In this document: piece by piece, positions 13,479 to 25,052 of the stretch
How the letters are laid out: every line of letters begins with the position of its first letter
Numbering within the stretch: position 1 is the stretch's first letter
Origin: Octopus sinensis
Lineage: Eukaryota
Reading direction: 5' to 3'
DNA: 64,000 nucleotides
NCBI RefSeq assembly: GCF_006345805.1
Contig: NC_043001.1
Location: 132,556,001-132,620,000, forward strand
Position numbers and translations under genes: made by a program
Notes under the pieces: generated by a model
Seen by the model: only the letters and a program-made list of their open reading frames with translations
Databases searched by the model: none
What the model was told of the DNA's origin: nothing

Positions 13479-13870
13479 GTGGAGGCGCAATGGCCCAGTG
13501 GTTAGGGCAGCGGACTCGGGGTCGTAGGATCGCGGTTTCGATTCCCAGACCGGGCGTTGTGAGTGTTTATTGAGCGAAAACACCTAAAAAGCTCCACAAG
13601 GCTCCAGCAGGGGATGGTGGTGATCCCTGCTGTACTCTTTCACCACAACTTTCTCTCACTCTTACTTCCTGTTTCTGTTGTACCTGTATTTCAAAGGGCC
13701 GGCCTTGTCACCCTCTGTGTCACGCTGAATATCCCCGAGAACTACGTTAAGGGTACACATGTCTGTGGAGTGCTCAGCCATTTACATGTTAATTTCACAA
13801 GCAGGCTGTTCCGTTGATCGGATCAACTGGAACCCTCGTCGTCGTAACCGACAGAGTGCTTCCAAAAAAA
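13479..13870 (+). mobile_element. tRNA-head SINE with TSD CTAGTAATGTCA; related copies at about 27380-27690 and 63560-63870 (-)
   Basis: GGCGCAATGGCCCAGTGGTTAGG...GGTTTCGATTCCC head; TSD at 13467-13478 and 13871-13882. Confidence 0.92.
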
Positions 13871-14019
13871 CTAGTAATGTCAGTGGCAGCAAAGGTGGTG
13901 GTGCTGGTGGTGCTGGGGGACCTACATCTGCTGCTGCTGCTGCTGGTGCTAGTGTGCACATTATGATTTATCTACAATAACTAAAGAAAAAGGGCATAAA
14001 ACTTTTCTGCAATGCACAC

Positions 14020-14129
14020 CTTTTTCAAGTTTTCTTTTTCTTTTTCGAGTTCTTCTTTTCTGACCAAAGAGCTTGGACTCGTAACTTTCCCAGTCTGTTT
14101 TTCATTTTCCTTTTGTACTTGGTTTATAT
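14020..14129 (-). CDS. KIF17: Internal coding exon of a KIF17/OSM-3-like kinesin-2 (post-motor stalk), 110 nt, phase 1 to phase 0: (D)INQVQKENEKQTGKVTSPSSLVRKEELEKEKENLKK
   Basis: Acceptor ctttctattttgatattccAG and donor AAG|GTgtgc. The exon is open and splices in frame to the 6342-6498 exon. Its end (EELEKEKENLKK|EYE) resembles human KIF17 HDVEAEKQLIRE|EYE. As I recall, the equivalent human exon is also 110 nt with the same phases (recalled, not checked). Confidence 0.75.
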
Positions 14130-14914
14130 CTGGAATATCAAAATAGAAAGTACACTAGCAACAATAAAATAATAACTTTCATATTTTGTGATACCGTATC
14201 CAAAATCTGATATAATACACTGTCAAAACACATAGTAATCATTGTGCCGTGTGGAGACCAGCATGCCAAAGAATAGACTCAATATTTCCTCTGCATGTTG
14301 TAAAAGGCAACTAATAGAGGTTGAGATAGAATTTGCACTCTGACCTCATAAAACCCCCACCAGCAACGACTACCCAAACAGACCAATGGGTTGGAAGTTT
14401 GTCCTCTGAGTGATACAATGGTACCATCCAACAGGAATGGGGAATCATAACAAAATGTGAATGCAGTGACTAAGTATGCCTTGTAAGCTGAATGAGAATA
14501 GTTTGATTTAGAATTGGGAGAAGGTTAAGTAGAAATGCTATCTTTCTACACTAATGCACATTAGCCACTATCATTGAGAAATAATACTTGTATTAGTTAA
14601 TATATCAATTTCAAATTTTGGCACAAGGCCAGAAATATTGGGAGAGGGATAAGTTGATTACATCGGCTCCAGTACATAACTGGTACTTATTTTTATTGAC
14701 CCCAAAAGAATGAAATGCAAAGTCAACCTCAGCAGAATTTTTACTCAGAACATGAAAATTAACGAAATGCCACTAAGCATTTTGCCTGGTATGCTAATGA
14801 TTCTGCCTGCTCACCACCTCATGTATTAGTTAGTATATTCAATAAATAAACAGAACCAAGAGAATTAGGCCAAAGAAAGATGACTAAGAATCAGTGAACT
14901 GAATAAAATACAAT

Positions 14915-15277
14915 ATAGACAAGTTTCCCTGGGCATGGATTCACTGAAGCTCCGGCGTCTGGCGACGGACTTGGTAAACACCCACAAAGTTATCAACCAC
15001 CTCACGAACAACAACACTGAACATCTTTTTGATCTCCATGTATCTAACACACGTGGACATGCCTACAAAGTCAGAAAACAACACAGCTCCCATGACTTTC
15101 AGAAACATTTTTTCACGCTCAGAGTTGCTGCAGCATGGAACAAACTGCCTGCGTCAGTTGTTGACTGCCATGACACTGCATTCTTTAAGGCCCTCATGCT
15201 TTCCGAAATCCGCCGAAACTACACCTGATTATATATACACTTTAGATGAGTTGTAGTGCACCTGCGCACTGTACACA

Positions 15278-15310
<33 letters not shown>
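14915..15310 (+). mobile_element. CR1-group LINE 3' end with an (ATT)n tail
   Basis: LKLRRLATDL...TRGHAYKV...FFTLRVAAAWNKLP matches the CR1 C-terminal motif. Confidence 0.85.
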
Positions 15311-15312
<2 letters not shown>

Positions 15313-16399
15313 AAAGAAAAAGTTAAGAAGGAATATTATAGATGCATTAAACTAAAATTTAAAATTTAAATAAATTCTAAAACTACCCACTTTCTTCACC
15401 CTCACCCCATTCTGTTACTTTTTATAACACTCAATCTGCTACTCAACCTCTTGGTCACCTTGCCTGGAGAGAATGGGCACACTGTAGTGCAGTAAAGAAT
15501 CTTATGTCTAATGGGGGCACAATGCAATGTCAGAAGTACTGGTGTACAATAAAATGCACCCAGTTCAATCTGTAAAATGAGTAAAAATAACATGTGACCA
15601 AGAGCAACTTTTAGTATTGCCAAGGACATTAATCTCCCTAGTGCTGGTGCCATAATAAAATGTACACAGTACATTTTATGTTGTGGCTAAGTTAGAAAGA
15701 GCATCCAGAAACCAAGCTAAAACAAAACATATGAAGGAGATGTTAATTTAATCCCTCTATGAAGATACTAACTTAAATCTGAAATCAGATCATGACCACC
15801 CATCCAACCAATACCAGCATGGAAAGCAGACAAAATGAAAAGGAGGAAGGTAATTTCTATTAGCATAATTGGAATTTGTAATTTAGCATGTCTAGAAAGG
15901 AAAACCAGGAAAATAATGACAATTTTTAGAGTGTTCCAACCAAACACTAACACAGGAATTAATAATTACTATGAAAGCAAAGAGGTAGGAGTGTTCTACC
16001 ACTAGAAGACTATCATAAATAACCACTCAAGATTCCAAAATTACCAGACAAAGAACAACCGAAAATTAGCGACCTAACAAGTACAAAACAAAGGGTATGT
16101 TTTTGTCAAGAAAGCCAACAATGAGTATCAGAATATACAAAATGAAAAACTAATCTAAAAATTGGACTACAAAATATCATACAGTGACTAGAAAAAATAT
16201 ATCATGATCAATACTTAACTTTTGAGCAAAGTGGATGTGGATGTAAATGAAAAAGCATTCCTGGCTAGCTGGAGAACCTAGGACTCACAGCATAAAAGGA
16301 AGATACTTTAATCTTGAACAATTGCAGTGTGGAAGGTGTTTGTAAGCCATTTAAGAAACACACAAAAGCCGTTTGATTCACTTCAACATTTAAGTTTAA

Positions 16400-16450
16400 T
16401 TTGTCAAAATATTTTCGTCGCTTTAAGACCGCGACCTGTTCACTGACAAA
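16400..16450 (-). ncRNA. Mirror copy of the G3:C8 hammerhead in the left arm of the inverted repeat
   Basis: Reverse complement of 16473-16523, differing only in loop II (GGUCUUAAA vs GGUCUUAUA). Confidence 0.75.
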
Positions 16451-16472
16451 AATCCGTGCTGCATCACAGATT

Positions 16473-16523
16473 TTTGTCAGTGAACAGGTCGCGGTCTTAT
16501 AGCGACGAAAATATTTTGACAAA
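16473..16523 (+). ncRNA. Predicted minimal type-I hammerhead ribozyme, G3:C8 core variant
   Basis: Helix I UUUGUCA/UGACAAA (7 bp); core GUGAACA plus an extra G; helix II GUCGC/GCGAC with a 9-nt loop; GAA; palindromic helix III AAUAUU; U17 at 16516. Confidence 0.75.
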
Positions 16524-17737
16524 TTAAACTTAAATGTTGAAGTGAATCAAACGGCTTTTGTGTGTTTCTTAAATGGCTTACAAACACCTTCCACGCTGCA
16601 ATTGTTTTCGTTCCAGCACACGATCTGAGATCAAATCACTTGCTATGCAAGTACATCTCCGTAAAACTTTTAATCTTGGTCCGAGTGTAAAGATGAATGA
16701 CCAGAAACTTTCAAAACAAAAATGAAGTATAAAATGTAACTGTAGAATATGTGTAGAATGTGGGGAAATACTCAGTGATATTATCTGTGCGTAGTTAGAA
16801 TATATAAACAGATATAACTGAGTTCAAGGTTCCATTGCAGAAAATTATTATAGATTAATGAAACACTTACAGAAGACAAGTGGTACAGACACTCTTGGAA
16901 AAGCATTTCACATTGTTTAAATAACCTTTCTCAATGATTATCAAAGACCATCAAACAAAATTGATATCTTAGTATTTATGTATGAATTCTAACAGATGAC
17001 AATATCTCTCCAAGAGAAAAGAAAAATACAATCTTAATACAAAGAACTTAAAAACATATTTGAAAATACAATTCATATAAAATCTCAAAAGATACCTTTA
17101 GAATGATAAAAAGTGATACAGTAAATATATAACAAAATCCAAAACCTTAGACACATAAATAACATACAGAAAAGTGTATACCAAGGCAGAACCTACATGG
17201 TGTACTATGAACACAATAAAAACAGATATAACAATGCATATGCCAAGACACAGAGATGCAGAAATAGTTATGTTATTAATAACTATTTACAGAACAATTT
17301 GAAATACAAATAAACAACAGTGCACTTAGTTTGAGAAGAGATGATAAGAAGAAACCAGAATTTGAAAAGATATTTAACAAAAGTCTACACAAAGATATTT
17401 ATTTTTAAGATACTAAAGAAGAGAAATTAGCATTTATAATTGATACAAAACTTAATAATGGTGACTATACTTCATGAAAGCAACAGGTATGGAGTTTTTA
17501 TTCATTATGAATTATTATTTTCAATATATTTCCAATTGAATTAAATATTTTCATAATCAAATTGTTTGAGAAGAACAATTTTTTAAACAAACATGGTAAG
17601 CTGTTAGCATTCCAGACTTTTACATAAAAGAAAGATATTGAAGTCAACAAATACTAAATTCAACAATAATGGTCAATATAAACTCATTGTTATCTCAATC
17701 TGTCTATAGCCTGAGGATTTCGTTGACATTTACACAG

Positions 17738-17768
<31 letters not shown>

Positions 17769-18049
17769 ACTAGATATGTGAGAAATTTCAGAGAAATTTT
17801 GAGACATATGTTAAGTGTATTTGTGAGATATTTTAATATTGCATATGTTTAACAAATGTAGGTAAATGTTATACAGTAATTAAGCATTATCTGATGTAGA
17901 ACTCAATAGCAAATATAGAGTCAAATTAAAGTATTGCATATCATGAAAGATACTTGCTTATAAATTTCACTTTCTCATGTTTATATTATGCACATGTACA
18001 CATACACATGAATATACAATATGTGTGTGTAAATATATATATACATATA

Positions 18050-18136
<87 letters not shown>

Positions 18137-18283
18137 CATGTTTGAGTCATATATCATACCTGGAGATTATGTTATAAATTAATATTTTTATAACACTGTC
18201 TCAGGTATGATATGTGATGCAAAAGTGTTTTGAAAGTTTCAGTCAGAAAAAAAACCGGTAAATCTGTAATATATATATATATA

Positions 18284-19340
18284 TACACAGGCTGCAATGA
18301 ATATATTGTTATCTAAATTACACAAAAATGAAAATAACACTAACATCTCATTTTAACAAATATATTTACCTAAATTACATAAAAAAATCTTGAAATGCTA
18401 AAGAGTAAATTTGTTCAATAAAATCGTCATTGGCTTTAACCACAGCCTCCTGATGTTTTTGGAATCTCCTGCAATTCTTCTGGAGGATTCCCTTGTTTAA
18501 GTTGGTGAATATTGCCATAATCGTTGCCTTCAGTTCATCTTTGGTGTTACAAGGAATTTTGTTGGTCTCTCACTCAACTGCACCCCTCACATAATAATCA
18601 TGGGGGTTGTTGTCTGGGGAGTTAGATGGCCTGGTGTTAGGGGTGATGTGGTTGCAGAAACTGTCTGATAGCCATAACTGGGTTCTCCTGCTTGTGTGGC
18701 ATAGTGCAGAGTCCTGTTACCAGGCATAGGGTCTTCCAGCAGCCACCCTCTTGACCCAGAGCAGCACTACCTCCTCCCAGCACATGATGTAGGCCTCTGT
18801 GTTGAGTCTGAGGCCATGTGTGAAGATAAATGGAGGCATAACATCATCACCATCACTAGTGATCACTCCAAACACCATGTTGTTGACAAGATGTTTGACT
18901 TTTTTCACTCTTGGTACATATTTTGAGGACACAACAAGCCAATGGTTGTTCTTTATTTTCACCATCTGATCCTGAGACAAATTTTTCTTGTATGAAAAAG
19001 AACCAAAGCCTGTTTGGTTGGAGGAGATGCTTGAGTTAGTTCAAAAGCTTCGTAGCATGGTCTTTCCTCTTGTCCTTGATGGCTTGGGATAAAAATTAGC
19101 CCTTTTTCATCTTGCATGAGGAATACCAAATGTCTTCATGCACTACCTGCCTGATAAGAAACTCAGACACTCCCATGTCCCTGGTGATGGACCTGATTGA
19201 CTTGGAGGGATCGTTGTCAACAATGGCCTGGATCTCACCAACAAATTCAGGAGTTCTCATCTTATCAGAATGATCAGAGGACATTTTCCGAGCTGCTGTA
19301 CCTTCATAATCATTAGATGTATCAGGTTGTTGGACCAGGT
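18284..19340 (-). mobile_element. Tc1/mariner superfamily (maT-like) relic; a second relic on + at about 25052-25870
   Basis: SKSIRSI.RDMGVSEFLIRQVVHEDI, MVFGVITSDGDDVMPPFIF, WQQDSA..H and PSNSPD.NP.DY. Confidence 0.85.
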
Positions 19341-19342
19341 AA

Positions 19343-20190
19343 TTGAAAGTCACAAAGAGGGTCATAGCCCAACTAATTAGGGAGAGAGATTGTTTAGACG
19401 AGATGCAGTTTGGGTTTGTGCCAGGGAAAAGTACAACTGATGCTATATTTCTGGTAAATCAGCTGCAGGAGAAATACTTAGCCAAAGATAAACCTCTGTA
19501 CCTGGCTTTCACTGACACGGAGAAAGCCTTTGACAGGATCCCCCGATCCCTAATCTGGTGGTCATTGAAGAAACTAGGGATAGATGAGTGGTTATTGAGA
19601 GCTGTACAAGCCATGTACAAGGATGCTGTCAGTAAGGTGAGACCATAACTGTGGTCTATGCCAGTGAAGCATAACTGGCCCATTTAACAGTACCCTTCAA
19701 TCATTGGGCAATAAACTGTGCTTGCAAAGACCTATTGAGTTAAGTGAAGTCATTGTCATGGCCAATGACAGCAGTGCCTGATTGGCACCTGTGCCAGTGG
19801 TGCATAAAAGCACCACTTGAGTATGGTCATTGCCAGTGCCATCTGACTGGCTCCTGCGCTGGTGGCATGTAAAAAGCACCATTTGAGTGTGGTCATTGCC
19901 AGTGCCGTCAGACTGGCTCCTGCGCTGGTAGTACGTAAAAAGCACCATTCAAGCGTGATCGATGCCAGTACATTCTGACTGGCCCTCGTGCTGGTGGCAC
20001 ATAAAAAGCACCCACTACACTCTCAGAGTGGTTGGCGTTAGGAAGGGCATCCAGTTGTAGAAACTTTGCCAGATCAGATTGGAGCCTGGTGTAGCCTCCT
20101 GGCTTGCCAGTTCTCAGTGAAACTGTCCAACCCATGCCAGCATGAAAAGCGAACGTTAAATGACGACGACAATGATGATAATGATGATGA
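19343..20190 (+). mobile_element. RTE fragment (RT piece joined to 3' UTR and (GAT)n tail)
   Basis: QFGFVPGKSTTDAIFLVNQLQEKYLAKDKPLYLAFTDTEKAFDRIPR; same family as 55342-58950. Confidence 0.9.
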
Positions 20191-22404
20191 TGATGATATA
20201 TATATATATAAGGCCTTTCAGCTATACAATAAAATTATATATGCAACATATTTACCATGTGCTGATAAATTAACAAGGTAAGCTCACCAAAAACTATCTT
20301 CTTCAAATTTAATAACCTAAACCAGTACAATCCAAAAATATATGGGATAAATAAACTGAGAACCCTTGACAACTCCAGAATAAAATGCATAACTTAAGAG
20401 CCTGCAAAAAACTAAAATAAATCTACAAATGAACAATGAACAAATATTAAAATGCTGCATTAAAACTTATAAACATATAAACAACCATACCTACAAGTAA
20501 ATTGTTGACAATCAGTCAAGTAACCTTCAAAACACAACCAACTAAGGAATGGACTTAACAAACTGGGAATTTCCTCCTCAGCTGCCTAACAGATATCAAT
20601 GCAATTTCAACATCTTTAGGCAGGACTACTACTTTCCTCATTGTCAAAAAGCCTTAAAATGATATATTCTAATGCTGGCTGGGCATATACAAACCAAATA
20701 TTTTGCATCCAGACCATAATTACAAACTTAACTACCTATAACCCAATTACATAGTATTACAAATTTCAATTAAATATATTACAAACTTAATAATTACTCA
20801 AGTCAATCAACAATTCAATGAATAATTAAAGAACGCTAAGAAGAATAAACTGAAAAAATAAATAATTAACATAAATTAGAATAATCAACATTGATATACT
20901 ATAACCACAAAGTCTGTAATATACAAGGAAAATATCCAGAAACAAAAAATTAATACCAATGAATGACATATACTAACAAACCATGGACATTAATGTCCAA
21001 ACATAACCATCCATTCTAAATCAGATATGATTTGATTGAATGAACCACAACCTATAGTGAAAAACACAACTCAAACATCCTTAATGACTTCTAATATGAA
21101 ATTGAATTACTAAATAAATAGTAAATTCAACACCCATTAGAATGGGTGTCCAAACATAACCACCCATTCTAAATCAGATATGATTTGATTGAATGAACCA
21201 CAACCTATAGTGAAAAACACAACTCAAACAATCTTAATGACTTCTAATACGAAATTGAATTACTAAATAAATACTTTAATAATCCTTCCCAAAATAACAT
21301 TTCTACTCATCAAGAAACCTGCTCTGGCCATTTATTTACTACATGTGCATTGGCCACAACAAAAAAACAAAAAAAAAAAACAAATGGCTATTCCAATCTG
21401 AATGCAGCAGCAGAAGCAGTAACAATCCAATGAAAACCATTGAAACAAAACCATTCCTTTCCCACTAACCCATGTGCAATCTCTCTCTAAGTATATCAAT
21501 TTGACTGTAAAGGCACTCCTTGGCAAATTCTATAATTCTCTAATTCCACCTAACCATTTACTTCATCATATTTAACATTTTAATTTAGCTTCAAGCTGTC
21601 AACCAAAATTATTTCATATTTATTCAAAATAATCATATCGTACATCCCAAATATGCTTAAATTTCTTGATTAATTTTTTGGTACTAATCATTTAATTAAT
21701 TAATCTTTCAGTACTAATCATTTACTTAATCAAATTTCTAGCATTAAAACCCCTGTTTTTACCTTATTTGCTTACTACGTCATACCAAACCTATCACTCT
21801 ATCCTTTTAATTTAGCTGCAAGCTGTAAACTTGAAATCATTCCCTATTTACTCAAAATATCATTATGTATATCTAGAATACACTTCAATTTTTTAACTAA
21901 TCTTTTAGCAATAAAACCCTATGTAATCATTTGCTTAATCAAATTATTATTCACTTCTGCTATTAAATCAACTCTATTAATTATTCTCCCAAATCTTATA
22001 ATCTCTGCTTCAAACACATAACCAATTTCATAAAATAAACAGGTATTAATATGGCAAAACAGTGACCTCAACACTGAATTCATCCGTCTTTTTTTGTATA
22101 AATTAGTGATTGAAAACCCATTACATACCACAATCATAATGTCAAGATAATTAACTTTACTAACCCCCTTATTATTTCTGCTGATATCATATGTATGTGT
22201 GTGCATGCACACACACACTCACACACACACACACATGCACATACATATATACATATTATATATCATCATCATCATCATCATTGTTTAACGTCCATTTTCC
22301 GCGCTAGCACGGGTTGGACAGTTCAACCGGGGTCTGGGAAGCCAGGGGCTGCACCAGGCTCCAGTCTGATCTGGCAGTGTTTCTACAGCTGGATGCCCTT
22401 CCTA

Positions 22405-22615
22405 ACGCCTTCCTATATAGGGATAATTCATGAAAAAACAGAAGATAGAGACAGGTGGTGTAGACAACAAACAGGTGTATTAGTATAACACTTGGGAAGT
22501 GAAAAAGTCTTTAACGTTTCGAGCCTATGCTCTTCCTCAGAATGGAACACAGAAAGAAACAAGGAGAGAAAATAAAGCATGTGTAGTGGCTAGCGATCTA
22601 TCATATCTAGTGGCT
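22405..22615 (-). mobile_element. Penelope-like terminal repeat (pLTR) remnant
   Basis: Homologous to 1985-2300 in the opposite orientation; contains the hammerhead motif. Confidence 0.6.
22507..22547 (-). ncRNA. Minimal hammerhead motif in a Penelope-like terminal repeat (core CUGAGGA plus extra A)
   Basis: CUGAGGA-A, helix II GAGC/GCUC with an AUAG loop, GAA, palindromic ACGU, U17, AAAG. Helix I has an A-A mismatch in this copy. Confidence 0.65.
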
Positions 22616-22622
22616 AGCAATC

Positions 22623-22658
<36 letters not shown>

Positions 22659-22784
22659 GTGATATAGGTTGAATGTGGATTCGTCCTTTAGTTGGAAGTT
22701 TCCAAAAAAGATTTCTAATGTTGATTCTTCATACTTTGCTGGTAGTTTACAGGTGTAATTTACAAAGATATGAAAGTAGTACTT

Positions 22785-23443
22785 GTATATAATGTATGAC
22801 GAATTTATTGAATGAAGTTCCATAAATTACATCAGTTTTGTTCAAGATGGAGGAAACAAGTTGTTAAAATTTATAACAAGTCTAATTCTTGCAGACGATC
22901 GTTTCTTACAGAGATATGATGATATAAATTCATGATTGAATTAAAGTAAATAAATGTTAAGGTACTTTTCAGTGCAGAAAGGAAAGAAACCATTGGCCAT
23001 TTCTACTCCTTACTTGCCCTACACTACATATATGGAGCTATAATTATAATCTCCACACTCATCTATTGACAGAACGTCTCTGATACCTCTTTACTTATAT
23101 CTTCAAATAACCATTGAAGCCATTAGTTATGGTTCAATATCTGACACGACTCCCATCTCTTTCTCACACGGATACCAATATGACACTCCTAGATCCAATT
23201 TTTTCTACTCTATTCCTTTTTAAGTTCCTTGTATTATAGTTTCTTTCCTTCTTGCACTGAACGGTACGTTGATATTAATTTAATTTAATTCAATCATGAA
23301 TTTATATTATTATATCTCTGTATGAAATGATCATCTGCAAGAATTAAACTTTTCATAAATTTGTAACAATTTGTTTCCTCCATTCTTAACAAAATTGATG
23401 GGATTATGGAACTTCATTACATAAATTCATCATACATTATATA
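22785..23443. repeat. Diverged inverted repeat, arms of about 205 bp and a spacer of about 250 bp
   Basis: 22785-22990 matches the reverse complement of 23240-23443. Confidence 0.8.
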
Positions 23444-23454
23444 TAATATATATA

Positions 23455-23492
<38 letters not shown>

Positions 23493-23498
23493 AAATAT

Positions 23499-23963
23499 AT
23501 ATTGTTATATTTTGGAATGGTCATATTGCCAGTTTAGCCAATAAAAACACACGCACTATATATTTGGTGTTATTTTGCTTCGTGATATTTATTTTTTACA
23601 TTAATCTTAATCTTATTTCGGCCAAAGTTCTTTCGTCACACTCCTGTGACCGCATCAGTGGTCCTTTGTTTTCTTCTAACTTATTTGTGTCTCTCCTTAC
23701 TAACCGTCAGCCATTTTGTATTTCTATTGTACAATAGAAATACAAAATGGCTGACGGTTAGTAAGGAGAGACACAAATAAGTGAGAAGAAAACAAAGGAC
23801 CACTGATGCGGTCACAGGAGTGTGACGAAAGAACTTTGGCCGAAATAAGATTAAGATTAATGTAAAAAATAAATATCACTGAAGCAAAATAACACCAAAT
23901 ATATAGTGCGTGTGTTTTTATTGGCTAAACTGGCAATATGACCATTGCGAAATATAACAATAT
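23499..23963. repeat. Loop-less palindrome (about 232-bp arms, centre 23730/23731), repeated in tandem 620 bp downstream (24119-24583)
   Basis: Centre reads ctattgt|acaatag. The arms are reverse complements with a few mismatches and one indel. Confidence 0.95.
23797..23841 (+). ncRNA. Hammerhead-like motif, A9C plus extra G variant (mirror at 23620-23664 on -; tandem copies at 24417-24461 on + and 24240-24284 on -)
   Basis: Helix I GG(A)CCA/UGGCC; core CUGAUGC-G; helix II GUCACA/UGUGAC with a GGAG loop; GAA; helix III AG-AA-CU; cleavage triplet CUU. Confidence 0.6.
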
Positions 23964-24059
23964 CTGTTTCAACACACGACTTCACATAAAAAATCTTGCA
24001 CAACAAATATTTAAACGTACTGTAAATATATATATATATATTTGTAAATATATATATAT

Positions 24060-24112
<53 letters not shown>

Positions 24113-24663
24113 AAATATATATTGTTATATTTTGGAATGGTCATATTGCCAGTTTAGCCAATAAAAACACACGCACTATATATTTGGTGTTATTTTGCTT
24201 CGTGATATTTATTTTTTACATTAATCTTAATCTTATTTCGGCCAAAGTTCTTTCGTCACACTCCTGTGACCGCATCAGTGGTCCTTTGTTTTCTTCTAAC
24301 TTATTTGTGTCTCTCCTTACTAACCGTCAGCCATTTTGTATTTCTATTGTACAATAGAAATACAAAATGGCTGACGGTTAGTAAGGAGAGACACAAATAA
24401 GTGAGAAGAAAACAAAGGACCACTGATGCGGTCACAGGAGTGTGACGAAAGAACTTTGGCCGAAATAAGATTAAGATTAATGTAAAAAATAAATATCACT
24501 GAAGCAAAATAACACCAAATATATAGTGCGTGTGTTTTTATTGGCTAAACTGGCAATATGACCATTGCGAAATATAACAATATCTGTTTCAACACACGAC
24601 TTCACATAAAAAATCTTGCACAACAAATATTTAAACGTACTGTAATATATATATATATATTTG

Positions 24664-24696
<33 letters not shown>

Positions 24697-24701
<5 letters not shown>

Positions 24702-24863
24702 AAAAAAGAATTTTGAAACGCCACTATATTAGATAAATTTTAATTTTCTTATGAATTTTACGTTTCGGTTCTTGAAAAAACGAATTTTACCGAAACATGT
24801 AAAATCATAAGAAAATTAAAATTTATCTAATATAGTGGCATTTTCAAACTTCTTTTTTACAAA
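24697..24863. repeat. Short inverted repeat with hammerhead-like 3' halves
   Basis: Arms of about 72 bp around a 20-nt spacer. Confidence 0.8.
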
Positions 24864-24895
24864 TATATACCCACTCATATACGATCTACTCTTAT

Positions 24896-24933
<38 letters not shown>

Positions 24934-25000
24934 CACACACACATATATATATTCACCATCATCGTCATCATCATTTAACAATGATAATATATATAAATAC

Positions 25001-25052
<52 letters not shown>

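Larger units (their letters stand above)
16317..16606. repeat. Near-perfect inverted repeat (138-bp arms, 14-nt spacer) carrying hammerheads; probable Penelope-like inverted pLTR
   Basis: 16317-16454 is the reverse complement of 16469-16606 with about 2 mismatches. Confidence 0.95.

Noticed and set aside
13483-13555. tRNA-like sequences (also at 11710-11787, 29345-29415 and 41185-41255)
   Set aside because: SINE heads that continue into SINE bodies; not tRNA genes.
12940-13573. Long Ser/Gly-rich and Leu-rich ORFs on both strands
   Set aside because: Translations of degenerate triplet repeats running into a SINE; no splice or homology support.
15950-17490. A-rich decayed coding-like sequence (also 20300-20900), possibly an old LINE
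   Set aside because: Many stops and no diagnostic motif I can name with confidence.
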